64,000 bases of DNA from Trichosphaerium sp. ATCC 40318. Taxonomy: Eukaryota; Protista; Tubulinea. Under the pieces are notes generated by a model. The model did no database searches. It saw nothing but the letters and a program-made list of their open reading frames with translations, and was not told the origin of the DNA. Shown piece by piece: positions 13,621 through 27,620 of this stretch (positions within the stretch are counted from its first letter, which is position 1; each line of letters starts with the position of its first letter). The stretch lies in the NCBI GenBank assembly GCA_038496445.1, contig JALMLS010000332.1, positions 124,001-188,000 of the forward strand. Reading direction: 5' to 3'. A program made the translations under genes and the position numbers.

Positions 13621-14067
13621 CTAAGGCACGCAATACGGTTGATTATACGTGATATCTTTTCCTTTATAACCAAAACTTCTCAAATCAGCAAAACCCAATT
13701 CAACAAATTTTGCTTTTTTAACTTTATGTTTCTTTGTATCGTTATTTTTAACGATATGTTTTGGTATTACACTCATAGATTGTGAGCGATAATGAGGTGT
13801 AGACGTTCCTCTCTGTCTTGTGTGTCTATTGTCCTTTGTTTTAGGGCTTACTTTTCGCTTTATCTTCTCTAATTCCACTCTGTATTTTTGAAGTGCTTTT
13901 TGTGTTTTTATCCGTTTCAGCTTCGGTTCTTCTGTTTCGTTTTCGTTTTTTTGTATTTCTTCATTACTACCTCTCTTAAATTCTACCGTAGGTGCTGGAT
14001 ATGATGCTGTTCTATGTTTTTTAGCTCCTCGTAATGATAAATGCAAGGAAGAAGCTGATTTTGCCAT
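13621..14067 (-). CDS. Hypothetical basic (Lys/Arg-rich) protein
   Basis: 148-aa ATG-initiated ORF with NLS-like clusters; no recognisable domain. Confidence 0.45.
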   Translation of the reverse strand: MAKSASSLHLSLRGAKKHRTASYPAPTVEFKRGSNEEIQKNENETEEPKLKRIKTQKALQKYRVELEKIKRKVSPKTKDNRHTRQRGTSTPHYRSQSMSVIPKHIVKNNDTKKHKVKKAKFVELGFADLRSFGYKGKDITYNQPYCVP

Positions 14068-15825
14068 GAACGCGACGTTTCAAGTTTACAAAACAAAACT
14101 TAAAAATGCAAATTAAGTAACTACTTTTTCTTTACCAATCTATGATTCTAGTACCTTTACAGTAATCCTCGTACACATGATGATAAAATACAGTTAAAAA
14201 AAGCACTATGTTTCTAAAAATGGAGTCAACTTGATTAACGGAATTGCACACGCCACAATATTCGAACTAAAATTTCTGACAATCTTAAGATTGTACGTAC
14301 TATACTAGTATCGTGAGGTATTTTTAATATACTGTAGATACACTACAGCTTGCTAGCCAACGTCAAAACAGTCAATTGTTTCAAACAAAAAATAAACAAA
14401 AAAAAGTACCAAAAACATTTGTATCACGTTTAATTAAAAGTGACAAGGCCGTTTATAGTTCTACAATTGCGTACACCGTTGAGTTGAGTACTTCACTGAC
14501 GAAAGTAGTACGTTTGTTGAGATCAAGTCTCGCAAACAACTATCTAGTACGTTTAGATCACTACGGCAGCGTTTCAGCTCACGTGGTAAAAGCAAACCTG
14601 TTTGAGGTCTACAGCACTATTTACATACATATCCAGCGGTTCCATACTCAATGTAATACGTACGACTGCTCACTGCAATTAGTCTTCCGCAAGCTGTTTG
14701 CTTACACCGCCATCGCCATTGATCACATCCCATGAACCTCTACGCTGCTTATTCTCGTGAGGTATGACTGTTGTTTAATTATAGGACAGTACTCCTAAAA
14801 CTTCAAAGTGTGACCTAGCCACACGCCAAACAGTGTTGAAAAAGTGATGTCAAACGTGCTGAGTCGTATATTTACGATAAATGACGCATTCGGAGCTAAA
14901 GTTCTTGATGCAGTACTGGCTGCCATCAAAATCGTCATTTAGCGATAAATTCTAGCAATAATTTCTAGCAATATTCAATAGAATATTCTTCAAGCGATAA
15001 AAACCACTTTAACGGAGGGGTACTAAAAAGTTGTTTGAGGTATAATTTCTTATGACGTTTCATACCGTTTTTTGGGAACGTCACACCAGTTGACGTACGC
15101 AAAATTAGTACTCGACCATGCTGAGCAATGGTAGTACAGAATATATTAGAGACATTTGTAACAAATGGGATACCAATACATTTTTTTTTTTTTTTTGTGT
15201 AAATTAAATGTCAGCTTCGTTTTGATTTAAAAAGCCCCAAGCAATGGTTTTTTACGGAAAAACGGAACAACACTATTATCAACTATTTTATGAACCACAA
15301 AAGAAAAGGGGTACCCCTAGTCTGATTTGTGTTTAGTATTTTAGTCTTTAGATAAGGACCTGTGTTTCTTATAACCCCCAAAAGACCAAAAAACAAAAAA
15401 ATGGGCAAAAAATTAACCCGAGTTTTCGGTTGTTCTCTTTGCGGGTTTCGTAACCCGATAAGTTCGATTATTAGAAAATAAGTAGTATCATGCGATAAAA
15501 GAAGATAGCAGCGAGATTATAAAGTTGAGAAGTTACAGTTTTATCAAAAATAATATCACGTGTGTGAATTTTTGCTTTTTCTGCGTTTCTTGGGCGAATA
15601 TGTTATTATCTCAGAATGACCATAAATTAAACCGTTTATTACGTCATCTCCGTGGTATTGCGTGAATTGCGGCAAAACTACAAGTTGCCCGCAAAAAGCG
15701 GCCTCACGTGTGATTCAAAAACAATCCCAACATTGAGTCATTTTGCGATCACAAACACTGCCGTTACTGTCGGTCGTTGACATAATAAGCACTACTAAAA
15801 GCGATATAAACTTAAACGTCTAGCC

Positions 15826-16203
15826 ATGAACTGCACAACAGTACAAACGAAAGCAAATGCAGGATACAAACACTTTATTTTTAAATTCAAGTGTACTCCT
15901 TTCAAACGCTCCAAGACAGCGAATGGTGCTGGCCTGTTTCTTCATCACTCTTTCCTATTGGAATCTAAACACCCTATACGAAGAAGAATGACAAGGCGCA
16001 GGTATCAATTACACCGTGCCAGACCACAATACAGACAGAACGCAGAGCGGAACGAATTTAGATTTGACCGAAAAGCCATACCACCAACATACAGAATACA
16101 AGATCAGACGCCGAGAGAAGACACTGTGGTTGTTTCAACACAAGTTACAACGCCCAAACGGAATATAGAAAGGCACATGGACATAGACTATCTATTAAAC
16201 TAG
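15826..16203 (+). CDS. Small hypothetical protein ending in MDIDYLLN
   Basis: 125-aa single-exon ATG ORF in an otherwise long intergenic region. C-terminal MxIxxLLN short motif. Confidence 0.55.
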   Translation: MNCTTVQTKANAGYKHFIFKFKCTPFKRSKTANGAGLFLHHSFLLESKHPIRRRMTRRRYQLHRARPQYRQNAERNEFRFDRKAIPPTYRIQDQTPREDTVVVSTQVTTPKRNIERHMDIDYLLN

Positions 16204-16825
16204 TCCAGAACAGAGTTCTGGCGATGTACATAAGAGAAACTTGTAGATTAAAAAAAAAAAAATAACAGAATATCGAATCTCAACATTTAGTACGTTACTT
16301 TTTTGAGTGCCATTCGCTTGGATTCCACTAGATATAGCTTTAACATTGATAACCGACGCTCTGTATGAACACACCTCAAAAGACTTTTGGCTCTTGTTAA
16401 CATTAACTCCAGAGCACGTGGTACAAGAACAACTCCGTTTGAAGTCAAGTTAAAAATTACTTTCCAATGTACCACTTTGCTTTATGTTCGTTATCACTAC
16501 CAATCGCATTAGATCGTTTTACACTTTAGCTAGAGATATTCGGAGCAACAAATACTAAAAAAAGGTAAACAATGACGTCACACGACTACGACAAGCAGAG
16601 AGACTAACAATCGACTTGTTGGCGCATAAAATTGGTGATAAATATTGTTACGAAATGGCGTGCTGAAACGCTGTGTGGTACACCTTATTTATCGCTCGTA
16701 CGGAGTTCGAATTCAACAGAAGACTGTCTACCAAAAAAAAAAGGGTTTACAAATGGTACATGAAGGTAAAAAGGGTTGCTAAGCAATAAAATCTTGTGCG
16801 CTTTAGTCCGCCACGAAATGGGTAA

Positions 16826-18174
16826 TTAAACCAATTCAAGAATATTCGCTCTATTTAGTATGGAAGCGTTACTACCACCGCCAATAATCTTTACATCACC
16901 AGCTGGTATTCTAAATAGAAAAAAAATCAGCAAAAATGTTGAACGAAGCGAAAAAAGGGAAAATGCTTGTGGAGTTTGTGGTTAGTTATGGTTTTAAAAC
17001 GCAAGTAAAGTAGTATTGAGAGTGAGGGTAGGCTAAAAGGTATAATATTGTACGTTGTGCGTTGTGGAGCTTGGGGTGTGTCTTGTTCTGTTAGAGCAAC
17101 AAAATAAACTTTTGAGTCGTCATGTGTTACTTCTATAGCACGGTAGGTACCAGTCTTATGTTTAATAAGAAAAGGGAACTTCATGTTACGTTTGAGGTAT
17201 CGCACAGAGCAGAATAATTTAGCAACAGGATCACTGCAATAGCATTAGAAGAAATCATCGAAATCACGTGACAATCTTAGTGAAAAAAAAAAAAAAATTC
17301 TTGAATTAATGAGGTACTTGTAGATATCAAAGTCCTTCTCATAGTCGAACTTCTTTTGCTTTGCTATCTCACCACAATTGCGGTGATAAACTTTACGCAA
17401 AGCCCTACACAATAGTTGGTAACAAACAACAATTCTCACTATTTTTTTTTTCCCAATAAAAAAATATAAAAAACGCACTTGAACGCTGTCCTGCTATCCG
17501 CACTTTTTATTATCTCATCCTTACGCTTTTTCCTAGCATGGTGGCACTCCTAATTTTCATAATGAACATGGTTGTACATCACAAAAGAAAAAACTTTCTT
17601 CTTTGTGTTAACGTACTTCTAGTTTACAAATGTCAATAAAAACTGCATTTTGTGCATCTCCGTCTAATTGAGATACATTTGAAGCTGCTACCTTGCGATA
17701 AAATTCTAGTTTTAAACTGTCAGTTAAAAACACGTATAAAAGTTACATAAACGCTAAAATAACGAGTTTGGAGCTCTATCCACGCGATTTATATGATTTT
17801 TGTGGCTTTGTGGTTAAATAAATTGCAAAAAGCGCTAGTTATGGTTTTATGTTGTTCTCGTGCACTATGCGATACCTTTAAGCAGCCCAGGGCAGTTTAG
17901 ATTTTCTTCTGGCTCCCATGTTGCGCTCGATTTATCGTATCCCTTAAACATGTAAGTATGATGCTATTTAACGCGTGTAATACCTTCCACGATACTTGGT
18001 AGTACTTCTTGACTGTTCCATCGTCAGTGTCAACTTTTTTCCACCGTAGTATCTGTTCTACCTCATAATCTACTATTTTGGTTAGTAATAGAGCTAATGT
18101 CACAATTTTGAACCTTGTTCTTTTGGTTTTTCCTCTTTAACGTTGGAATAGCTACGTTTACGCTTCTTAGACAT
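16826..18174 (-). CDS. Chromodomain protein with a possible PHD-like Cys/His region
   Basis: Spliced N-terminus MSKKRKR...VDYEVEQILRWKK...YYQVSWKGYDKSSATWEPEENLNC is a canonical chromodomain. Downstream KVYHRNC and YC motifs are only suggestive. Confidence 0.75.
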
Positions 18175-18431
18175 GTAGTTTAGGTTGCTTGAATATTAGG
18201 CGCCAAAAAGTGAGCGTAGACGTGACTTAATATCCACAAACAAACCAGCTTCACAGAAAACAGCTTCGTAAAACTATTTAACAATTGATTGCGCTTTCCG
18301 AAAAAAGGCAATGTGCGGTTGTCTCTACTGCCATTAGTGACCACGCGTGTTTAGAAGTAGTCATTTATTCCTTACAAAGCTTGTGACACGTGCTAGTTAG
18401 AATACGATCAATCGTGCTATTCAAGTACGTC

Positions 18432-19347
18432 TCATGAGCTACATTTGGTATCTTCTCCTTTTGCGCTACTGGTCTCACAGTTTGATTCATCTTCAACAAC
18501 GGCTTCGACAGCGTCATCACCGTAGACTGCGTGATTTAGTAGAATGCCATCTTTATCCCATTCACGCCATTCTCCGTGCTTCTTACCTTTACGGTAATGG
18601 CCATGAGTCTGTATGTTTCCATTTTCCCAGTATGTCTTAAAATCTCCGTACAGTCTACCTTCTAAGTAGTTCCCTTCGAATTCCCTTATAAATCCTGGAT
18701 AGAACTTGCGGCAAGATCCATTCTTTTTGCCTCTTTTGTACTGAATGACTTCCTTTGTTGTTCCTTCTGGGTACCATAATACTCTTGTACCGTTTAGAAC
18801 TCCATCTTCATACCTACATTGTACAATAGGTGTTCCATCTGGATGCCATGAATTGTAGAGTCCATGATAAACTCCGGAATACATAGTTGTCTGTGAAGCC
18901 ATCTGACCATTTGTATACCATCTTATATACTTTCCTAAGGCTTTAAAGCATGATTAATAAGTAAACAAGCTATCAAGTATCGTTACCTCTTCCGTCTCTG
19001 TACTGTATTTGAGATGACTTTTTGCCATTTTTACCCCATCGTAGCCACGTGCCTTGCTTCTGGAAACGAGCGTTGTAAGACACCCTTGCCGTCCTCTTAG
19101 ATAACACGGGTATTTTTGAACCGGTGGGGTGTAGGAGAATCATACGTTGTAATACATCTATTGGAAGAGATTCAAGACTTGAAGATGAAAATTAGATTGA
19201 GTTGTTGATTGATTTTTTTTGCTATTACCCTTTCGGCTTTCTCTTTACTTCTTTACGCTTTGTTTTCTTCGATTCAGGAGGTGTAGTAGTAGAACACATA
19301 CTACAACAAATTTTTCTAATTGTATCGAGGGTGTTGCAGCTTGCCAT
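18432..19347 (-). CDS. MORN-variant (MORN_2/YwqK-like) repeat protein with an F-box-like N-terminal motif
   Basis: Repeats GKYIRWYTNGQ, HGLYNSWHPDG, NGTRVLWYPEG, YGDFKTYWENG and HGEWREWDKDG. LESLPIDVLQRMIL at about 19140-19180. Two introns. Confidence 0.7.
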
Positions 19348-19615
19348 GAGTTGAGTGAGTGAAAATGTTTTTTTAATTTGAACAAGGTTGACTTCTATTC
19401 TACTGTTTTGTGAGGTTGACAGACTTGTACGTTTTTTATCGAATGTGATTAAACACGAAGTACTAAAAAGGATAGTGTTATGGTAAAATATCTACAGTGT
19501 TCATGCGTACCTCAAAGTTAAAAGAAGCAATCTTTTCAGAAAAGGTGGAATTGCTGATTGAAAAAACGTGACTTTGCTTTAAAAAACTCAACGGTTAACT
19601 ACACCACAGCATCTT

Positions 19616-20850
19616 ATGGAATATGGCAAAGGAATTTTCAATGATATTCTTAGTGCCCTCGGTTTTAGATCAGATTTTAAAGAAATAACTCTAGGAGAGT
19701 TTAGAGTAGGCGAGAAACTAGGAAAAGGCGGTTTTGGTTCATGCTATAAATCCGTAGATGGCAGCAATCACACTATTTGCCTCAAGGCACGTTTTATACT
19801 TTATTTAGGCGTATTTACATTATTTTCACGCAAATCACGTGGTCGCAATCGTCAATTTTTGGAACACTTTGAAAAAAAACCAAAACATAAATTTAGTCAC
19901 TCGTATTTGACATTAGATGTCTAGGTATCAACAAATCAAAGGTCTGTAGAGCGAGAATTTACAATGGGTCAACTATTGCAGGATGATGCCAATCAATATA
20001 CAGTTACCCCTTCAAAGATACAAAAACTATACTACACTGCTTTTTGGATGATTCCAAGGCCTGTATGGGTCGGTGCAAGCACGTTGTGTAAAGGTAAGGG
20101 ACTCCGAAAAGATTGTTTATTTTCGTTTTCTTTCTAATGTTTTTTTGTACACCTCACGCTGATTGCGGCAATGTCTCTAACTTCCTATCTTTACAGGTAG
20201 TTTATCCGATATGCTTGATCCTGAAAACCCTATTAAAGTGGATCATAAAGAGCTTGACGATATGTGTAGGCAACTTGCTAGAGCTGTTGCTTTTGTACAT
20301 TCTAAAGGAGTACTTCATCGAGATATTGCACCTGATAATATTCTTTGGACTACAGGATCAACACCAAGTGGTAAAAAGTTCTTGATTGGTGATTTTGGTA
20401 TTTCTAAGAGAGTAGGTGTACAAGACGTACTAAGTAATAAGATGGAAATACGTACACTTGTAGGTAAAGAGACTTACATCGCTCCTGAAATGCGTAAACA
20501 AGTTGAAAGAAACAATCGAATAATGGCTGTATATGGGTCGGCTGCTGATTGGTGGGCGTTTGCTACTACTATTGCAGCAATGGCAATGCATTCACTTGAA
20601 GTACCTAATATGCGAGAAGTGGTTGCTCATACTGATTGTCCACCAATAGTTAAACAAGCTATTTTGCACGTGATTTTATTTGGTTATTTTTTTTACATAT
20701 TTTTTTGCTTTTTGCTAAAACGACTGACGTTCCTGTAGAGGTTGTCGAATGAAGAATCCTACTAAACGTGCAAACAATGCTACTGCTTTATTACATACAA
20801 TCAGTGAAGAGGATGGCGTTGGTGACTTGATTCTCAAAGAGAAACAATAA
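19616..20850 (+). CDS. Ser/Thr protein kinase
   Basis: GKGGFG, ICLK, alphaC E (SVEREF), HRDIAPDN, DFG, YIAPE, DWWAF and NPTKR. The model uses two GC-AG introns (19787-19924, 20666-20738). Confidence 0.9.
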
Positions 20851-21218
20851 AACTAAGGACATGTATAAAAGGCACAAATCTCAAAAAGAACGACATCAAA
20901 GAAAGCTTAAAAGCAGTACTTGCTTTCTCCCAAGATGTAGAGAGAATTGTCACATGGTGTACAGCGCGGGCGCAAGGCCACGCGTATAAAGCAAAGTCAT
21001 AAATAAAATCTGTGTTTTAAAGCTGTTCTAGCCGATAGTAGGTACAAGAAAACATGGATTCAATGCTACCCTAAGTAATACGTAACCACACAGGAACATA
21101 TAACCGAAGTTCTGGAAGTAGCAAGTGTTGTTGTAAGAAGAAATCGTCAATTTCTTTGCGCTTTTTTTTTCCAATTTGGTCTTTTCTTGTTAGTGAGCTA
21201 TTCAAAGCAATACCTGCC

Positions 21219-23612
21219 ATGAAGGGCTCTCAGAAAGTTATAGGCAAGCTTACATCACCTTACAATCAAAAAGACGTATGTAACGGCTTTTTTAATCAAC
21301 AATATTAAAAGAACATAGCTTGATAAAGGTATTGCGCAATCCAAAGTGTTCGCGCAGCTTGTAGCTGCTGAAAAGAAAATTGATGCTTTTTTTCGTTTGC
21401 GCCAATTACACATACAAGAGGCGCTTCCCAAAGACCGAAACCAGCGAAATACGGTAATTACAGCAATTTTGAATAGTTTATTTGGTTTTTTGTATAATAC
21501 GCGCTATGCTTTCTATATACGCGTCCAAACTCATTTTTACTTGTTAGATAGCAAGACATTTACGTGTATGCTTGTCGAATACGCATTCTGATCAAGGGCG
21601 GTTTTATCATACAACAGACCATGAATTGGATGTATCAACACGCAAACCAAGTTGGTCTTTTCGCGTTGAAGGAAAATTGATTGACGACGAGGTACGATTC
21701 GTCTAAACGAACGAAGCTATGCCAGGGCATTATCGCGGTAGATTAACAGCCTGTTTTTAATGTTTACAGCTTCACATTCTTAACGAGCATAGAATCTCAC
21801 TGGATTACCTAAAAGGAAGTTCTCATCATTCTTTACGCGTATATACGTACAATTAGATAGAAAAGAGTTTCCAAACAATTGGCACACAGAAGTACGCCTT
21901 CTTTTTTTTTGACATTTAGCGCAAAAGGTGTTATCCTCCAAGCGCACGCCTCTATTTGACGTGCAAAGAAGGACTACGTACTGATCTTGTCCCAAACAAT
22001 TTCTTTACAACTTCTACACCCTATATCTTTACGGTGCTGTGAGTCCTCAGTCTCTACAGACATGGCAAACTTTAACAAAAAATTTGCTTGACATTTTGAA
22101 ATGTTAATGTTAATTTTGCTTTTTTTTGTGTGTAGTGGACTAAAAACTCTGGTTGTGGTGACTGGGATGGATTTGAGATTGAGAGATTCTCTTGCGAGGA
22201 ATCTCTAGTACATGTATTTTTACAGTTGGATTACAAGGTAAGAGAGCAGAAGTTGATTTAACTGTGTAACACGATAGAAAAAAAAAAGCTGTCAAAAGAA
22301 AATATTACTAATTTTACTTTACAGCCAGCGCGTTATAAACCATCTCCTGGTCTTAAGCAATTGCTTAGCCTACAAGCACCATATACTAAGACATATATTA
22401 TCCTATGTTTATGGCAATACGTCAAGGTTAGACAGACCAATGTAGTAAATTTTGATTGACTCGTTTGCTAGAAACACAATTTAAAGGATCCTAAAAGCCC
22501 TTCTACTATTGTACTAGGCCCGAAAATGAAAGAAGTGTTTGGTATAGATACAATGGAGTATTCTGAAGTACCTAAAATAATAGAACAACACCTTGGACCT
22601 CCAGATCCTATACAACTTACTTACCAAATCAAGTACGTTTTTTTTTTGTTAAATGTATTCTGGTTTTGTTATTAAAGTTTTGTTGTTGCTGTCACTCGGT
22701 TCTTCCTTCTTATGCTTTTTGTTTATTTTAGATTGCATGGCACTGTAGATCAAAGTGAGAATTGGTATGATATTAAAGTAGAAGTAGATAACCCATTGGC
22801 TTCATTTAACTTCAATGCGAAACTAAATGAATCGAAAGAGTTGGATAAAAAGGTAAACCAAAAAATTTTTTACATGAAAAAAAATGGCACTAGAAACATT
22901 TTATTTTACTTGTCACAACGTGACTCCACTCACTTAACATTGTGCTACATCTTCCCGTATTTACAGTGTTTTTCCGAACATCCGAAAGTACGGGATGCAT
23001 TTAGAAAGTCAAATCTTTTGGTTTTCCTTTAAATTTGTACTTCGGAAATAAATTGAACGTAAAGATCTTGCGCACACCAAATCTTTATGTAGAATACTTT
23101 TTTTTTTATTTCTGTAATGACATTTTCGTTAAAATAGATTGCCGAAAAACTTGGTGCTCTTTCCAAGCTTAAAGACAATAGAGACTTCCTACGTAACTTC
23201 TCACTTTCTCCTGTTACTGTACTTGATGATTTAGTGCTAGAACAATTGCATTTAGAGCGTGTACGGAATAACTATTTTTCGATTTTTTTCTTCTCAACTC
23301 TTCCAAAAAAGATTACCAATACATGACGTAATATTTTGTTCTTTTTTTTATCGCTGGCGCAGTGGTGAAACTGGGACACGATAGTTTTTTTCTCAATTTG
23401 TAAGAAAGTCCGTCGCATACACACATGTACAGAAATCTTGCTTATTACTCCTTGTTTTCTAGCTTGAGAAGTCAAAGAATCAGAGAGATACTGAAGAGGA
23501 GCGTAGAACTCAGTTTTATTATGATGGACTTGCTGTTACTGCTATGGAGGATGTACTAAAACTACAAGATGATAAAAAAACAAGGAATAACTTCTTTCAA
23601 TCGACAGATTGA
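21219..23612 (+). CDS. SMARCD: SWI/SNF complex subunit BAF60/SMARCD/SWP73 (SWIB domain)
   Basis: FAQLVAAEKKIDAFF..LHIQEAL, PSWSFRVEGKLID, KRKFSSFFTRIYVQLD, WDGFEIER, SWIB region (LWQYVKKHNLKDP..LGPPDPIQLTY), RDFLRNFSLSP and EEERRTQFY. Confidence 0.85.
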
Positions 23613-24042
23613 GAAACGAATAAACAGAAAAAAAACACATCACCAAATGAATATTTTCCTTTTTCTTTTTTTTTTTTGCTTATTTCCGGGTTAATTATGT
23701 TTATGCGTCTTCGAATTTACTACCATAATATTGGAGATTTACGTAAAGGGATTTTGTGTATATATAGAACCTAAAATAAATCATCCACGTATCCAGAAAA
23801 ACAAAAAAAGCTTTTTATGGGTTTTTTTTTACTTCAATTCCTATTGCGCCATCTAGCATCATACACCTTAGAATTCCTTTATATCTCACGTGCATATACA
23901 CACGGGAAACTTCAGCTGAACCGGAGCATTTTATTTGCCTGTTAAGGGAACTCATGCCTTAACAACTCCTAATTTGGACGTTTATTTTAGTGTGAAAAGC
24001 GTTTTAGCGCTTTGTAAGAAAAAACTTGAATATAGTTACAAC

Positions 24043-24758
24043 ATGTCATCTACATCAACAGAATGCCCTAGACGCAAGCATATATATGTTATATGGTGTT
24101 ATAAGCCAAATAGCTGTTCTATTGCTGTAGATAACGCAGCAAGAGCTGATCATTTTTTATCAAGTGTGAAGCTAGGTAAGGGTTTTGAAAAGAATTGCGC
24201 GATCAGTTTTGCTGAAGCTGAAAGAGAAAACAAAGAAAGAGATATCCAACAACAACAATACATCGGTACGTACTAGTAATACCTTTTGATCTTAGCTATA
24301 ATTGGCATAAAATCAATCAAACACGAGAGAAAAAAAAAAAAAACAAACAAAAAAAAAACTAACCGTTGGCTATAGAATATTGCGCTAAAAACGCACCTAC
24401 TAGTCATAAAATGAATATAGAATACATCACAACGGGAGATAAAATCAGAAAACTAATAACAGCACAACGAGAGTACACTTTTACGAATAGCACTTATAGT
24501 AGTATCAAACAGGGTCTATACTAGATATCCATTACTGTAACATCAAAAAATTTCGACGTCAAAGGAAGGAAGAAGAAAAAACATGTATCATAGCCTTTAA
24601 ACACACTGCAACGCACCTTGTATACTTTAAAATCAACACTAAACACAACTTTATCACACTCAACGTACACATTTTTCTGATGAGCTTTTTGAGAAGAAAT
24701 CGAATTTCGTTCATTTCATTTCTTTTACTGCCTTTATTACTATCCATAGAACGTTTAA
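24043..24758 (+). CDS. Hypothetical multi-exon protein (boundaries uncertain)
   Basis: ATG exon at about 24043-24265 followed by a GTACGT donor and a phase-compatible second exon at about 24376. Later exons are ambiguous. No domain recognised. Confidence 0.35.
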
Positions 24759-25055
24759 TGATTATCAGGATTCGGGTATTATTATTATAAAGGTAAACAA
24801 TAAGTTATTTTTGACGTTGGATATCAGCAGGGAAGGCGTCAGCGTTGTCTGCGTTGTCTGTCTAGGTTTTTTTGCCTATGGCAAATAATTACTGCGCTCC
24901 TCCTCATGAACAAGAATTCTTTTGTCAATAATGGTTCCGCTACCAATACGACGTAAATGGGGTTTGTTAATGGTGATCAACACGGTACAAGGCTTCGCGT
25001 TATAAGATACGAAGAGCTATTTTTTTTTTTGATGATTTTTTTTTTTTTTGTTGGT

Positions 25056-27064
25056 TTATTTTAAGAACATGCTATACACTTCGTTGTCGTTCTCACACGT
25101 ACTCGGGAAACCCTTTTCTTTCATGTTATGTAAGAACTCTTTGAATTGAGTAACATCATCTTTTGGTACTTGTATACCAGCTAGAACACGACCAACATCA
25201 ACGCCATGATTTCTGTAATGAAACAAGGAAACATTCCAACTAGAACTCAATGATGTTAAGAAAAGCTTAAGTGCTCCAGGTCTATCTGGAAAACTGAAGC
25301 TGTACAGGTGCTCGTCAGTTACCTATGGTACAATTAAGATAATCAGAAAAGTAGAGGTAAAGGTCGTACTGTTGCAGAACGGCCTCCAACAAGATATCTG
25401 GCATGACTTTTTGCCATTTCATTTTGAGTGACGTTAACTACTTTGAAATTCTCAGCTTTGATTTTCTCTATTACTTCCTCAGACTCTTTATCGTAATCGG
25501 TACACTGGAACGCTAAGAATATACTTGCTTCTTTTGTATCTCCATATCGATAGCTGAACTCGGTGACATTTTTTGGATAAAGACAATTGTACAATCTTAA
25601 AAAGCTTCCAACTTCTTCGGATATTTTTACCGCTAATAGACACTCACGACGTTCTCCAATTTCAGCACGTTCAGCTACAAATCTTAGCCTATCAAAATCC
25701 ATGTTTGCTCCTGAAGAGATTGCTACAAATCGAGAACCAACGATTTGATTGTCTATGAAAGAAACCATCAGAAAAAAAAATAAAGAAAATCTTTGCACGT
25801 TACCTTGTATGAATTTCTTCACACCTGCCACGGCTAAAGCCCCGGCAGGTTCTAATATACTTCTAGTATCTTGAAATACATCTTTGATGGCAGCACATAG
25901 CTCGTCATTCGAAACAACTTGAGTATTCAAGTAAGCAAGGTATAAAACCAGAGCTAGAGATATTACCTATGATATCTTCAACGTATTTTTGTACGAGTTG
26001 GAACGTCTGTTGTCCTGCCAAACGCACAGCGGCACCATCAGCGAAAGTAGAAACTTGTGAAAGTGCTTCTCTTTTACCAGCTTGTACTGCATGGCGCATA
26101 CTGTCTGCTCCTTTCGCTTCGACACCGTAAACTGAAAAAAGAAAGAGTTATAAAAAAACTCTTGGTTCTTGTTTGTTGGTACCCTTCACCGATGGTGATA
26201 TACGCTTTATGTAAGCTGATACTCCAGCTATCAATCCACCGCCACCTATGCAACAAAAGACGTAATCAGGCGGATTTGATCCAAGTTGTCTCAAAATTTC
26301 CATTCCAATTGTTGCTTGTCCCAAAATAACATATGGATCATCGTATGGATGCACAAGAACTCTGTTTTCTTCCTTCATTATACGCATAGACTCATCTTTT
26401 GATTCATCAAAATCGTTGCCTTTCTATTAAAGCCATAAATATTAGTACAATAACATCACGTGATTCTTTTTCAGTTAACTTACAAGCACAACTGTTCCGC
26501 CGAGAGCCAGAACTGCTGACGTCTTTATTGATGGCGTAAAAACAGGCATAACAATTTTTGCATCGACACCTAACTCTGCGGCAGCAAGAGCTACGCCTAT
26601 AATTCGACTATAAGCAAAAAACATTGAACACTTTTGCCAAAAAAAAAGAAATACAAAAAATGTTAAGTACCTTGAGCGTGATTACCAGCTGAACATGCTA
26701 CTACACCTCTTTTTTTTTCTTCTTCTGTAAGTGTTGACATTTTATAGTAAGCTCCTCTCAGCTTAAATGAGAATACAGGTTGCAAGTCTTCACGCTTTAG
26801 AAAAATGTCATTTTTTGTTCTTTTTGACAGAATCTTTGCAAAGCTAAGAGGCGTTTCTTTAGCGACTTTATAGGCGTAAGAGGGTATTAATACTGTTTTT
26901 TAATAAATACTAACCTTTGTACACTGGAGCGCTAAGCACGTGGCGTAAAAATGTAAGATCATCGGAGAGTAATGGATGGAGATCGTTTTCTGATTCAGTA
27001 GCTGCTGATTTTGTTGCCTAAAGTTTGTAAATACGTTTAAACGTACAAATAATGACCGTGCCAT
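25056..27064 (-). CDS. ilvA: Biosynthetic threonine dehydratase (deaminase) with two C-terminal regulatory domains
   Basis: [17 protein letters not shown] (PLP lysine), [69 protein letters not shown] and SLFHYRNHG. Confidence 0.95.
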
Positions 27065-27620
27065 AATGTTTCAGAGTAGTATTCACCTTGGGAACGTTAA
27101 GTATTGGCAAACGGAGACCATTTTACGCTCTCGTCAAGCGCAGTCTCCTAACGTTTTTTTCTTTGGAATCACTGCTCGCGAGCGAAAACGCCAACCTCCA
27201 ATGTAGCAAACCGTCCTTCATCGCGGGTGATACCGCATTTCGTCGTCTAACCATGAAATTCTTGCTGAAGCGACTTTTGGCGTATTTTGTGGAATTGGTA
27301 TGCCTCATGATCGTAAAAAGACCTTTAGTTTCATAGTCTTGCTTGTCCGCGTCAACACTAATTACTAATTGCAGCTTCTTCTGCGTGTGTTGAACCTTCC
27401 TCACAGACTCTACTTTTGTGGTATTAGCGTTGATGGATGTTGTTATGCTTCCTACGCCAAAATTAGGTTTCACAAAAACCCGTCAAAAACTTTTCTGCTA
27501 TGTGAAGGGTTTTTATTATTATATTACTTACCACACTGAACCTTTACAGTACAGTGTAGCGTTTAGAGAGCTAATTTTACAAAAAAGAAAATGATAAATA
27601 CTCAAAAATCTTTCATAGTT

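Noticed and set aside
15305-15322. AGGGGTACCCCTAGT palindrome resembling a Helitron 3' end
   Set aside because: Hairpin-to-CTAG spacing is atypical, and there is no 5' end or second copy in the window.
24825-25030. GGGAAGGCGTC ... ACCAATACGACGT plus a hairpin and T-run, as a possible RNase P/MRP RNA
   Set aside because: P4 pairing is only about 5 bp, spacing is too short and there is no CR-IV motif. The T-run is explained by the 3' end of the convergent ilvA gene.
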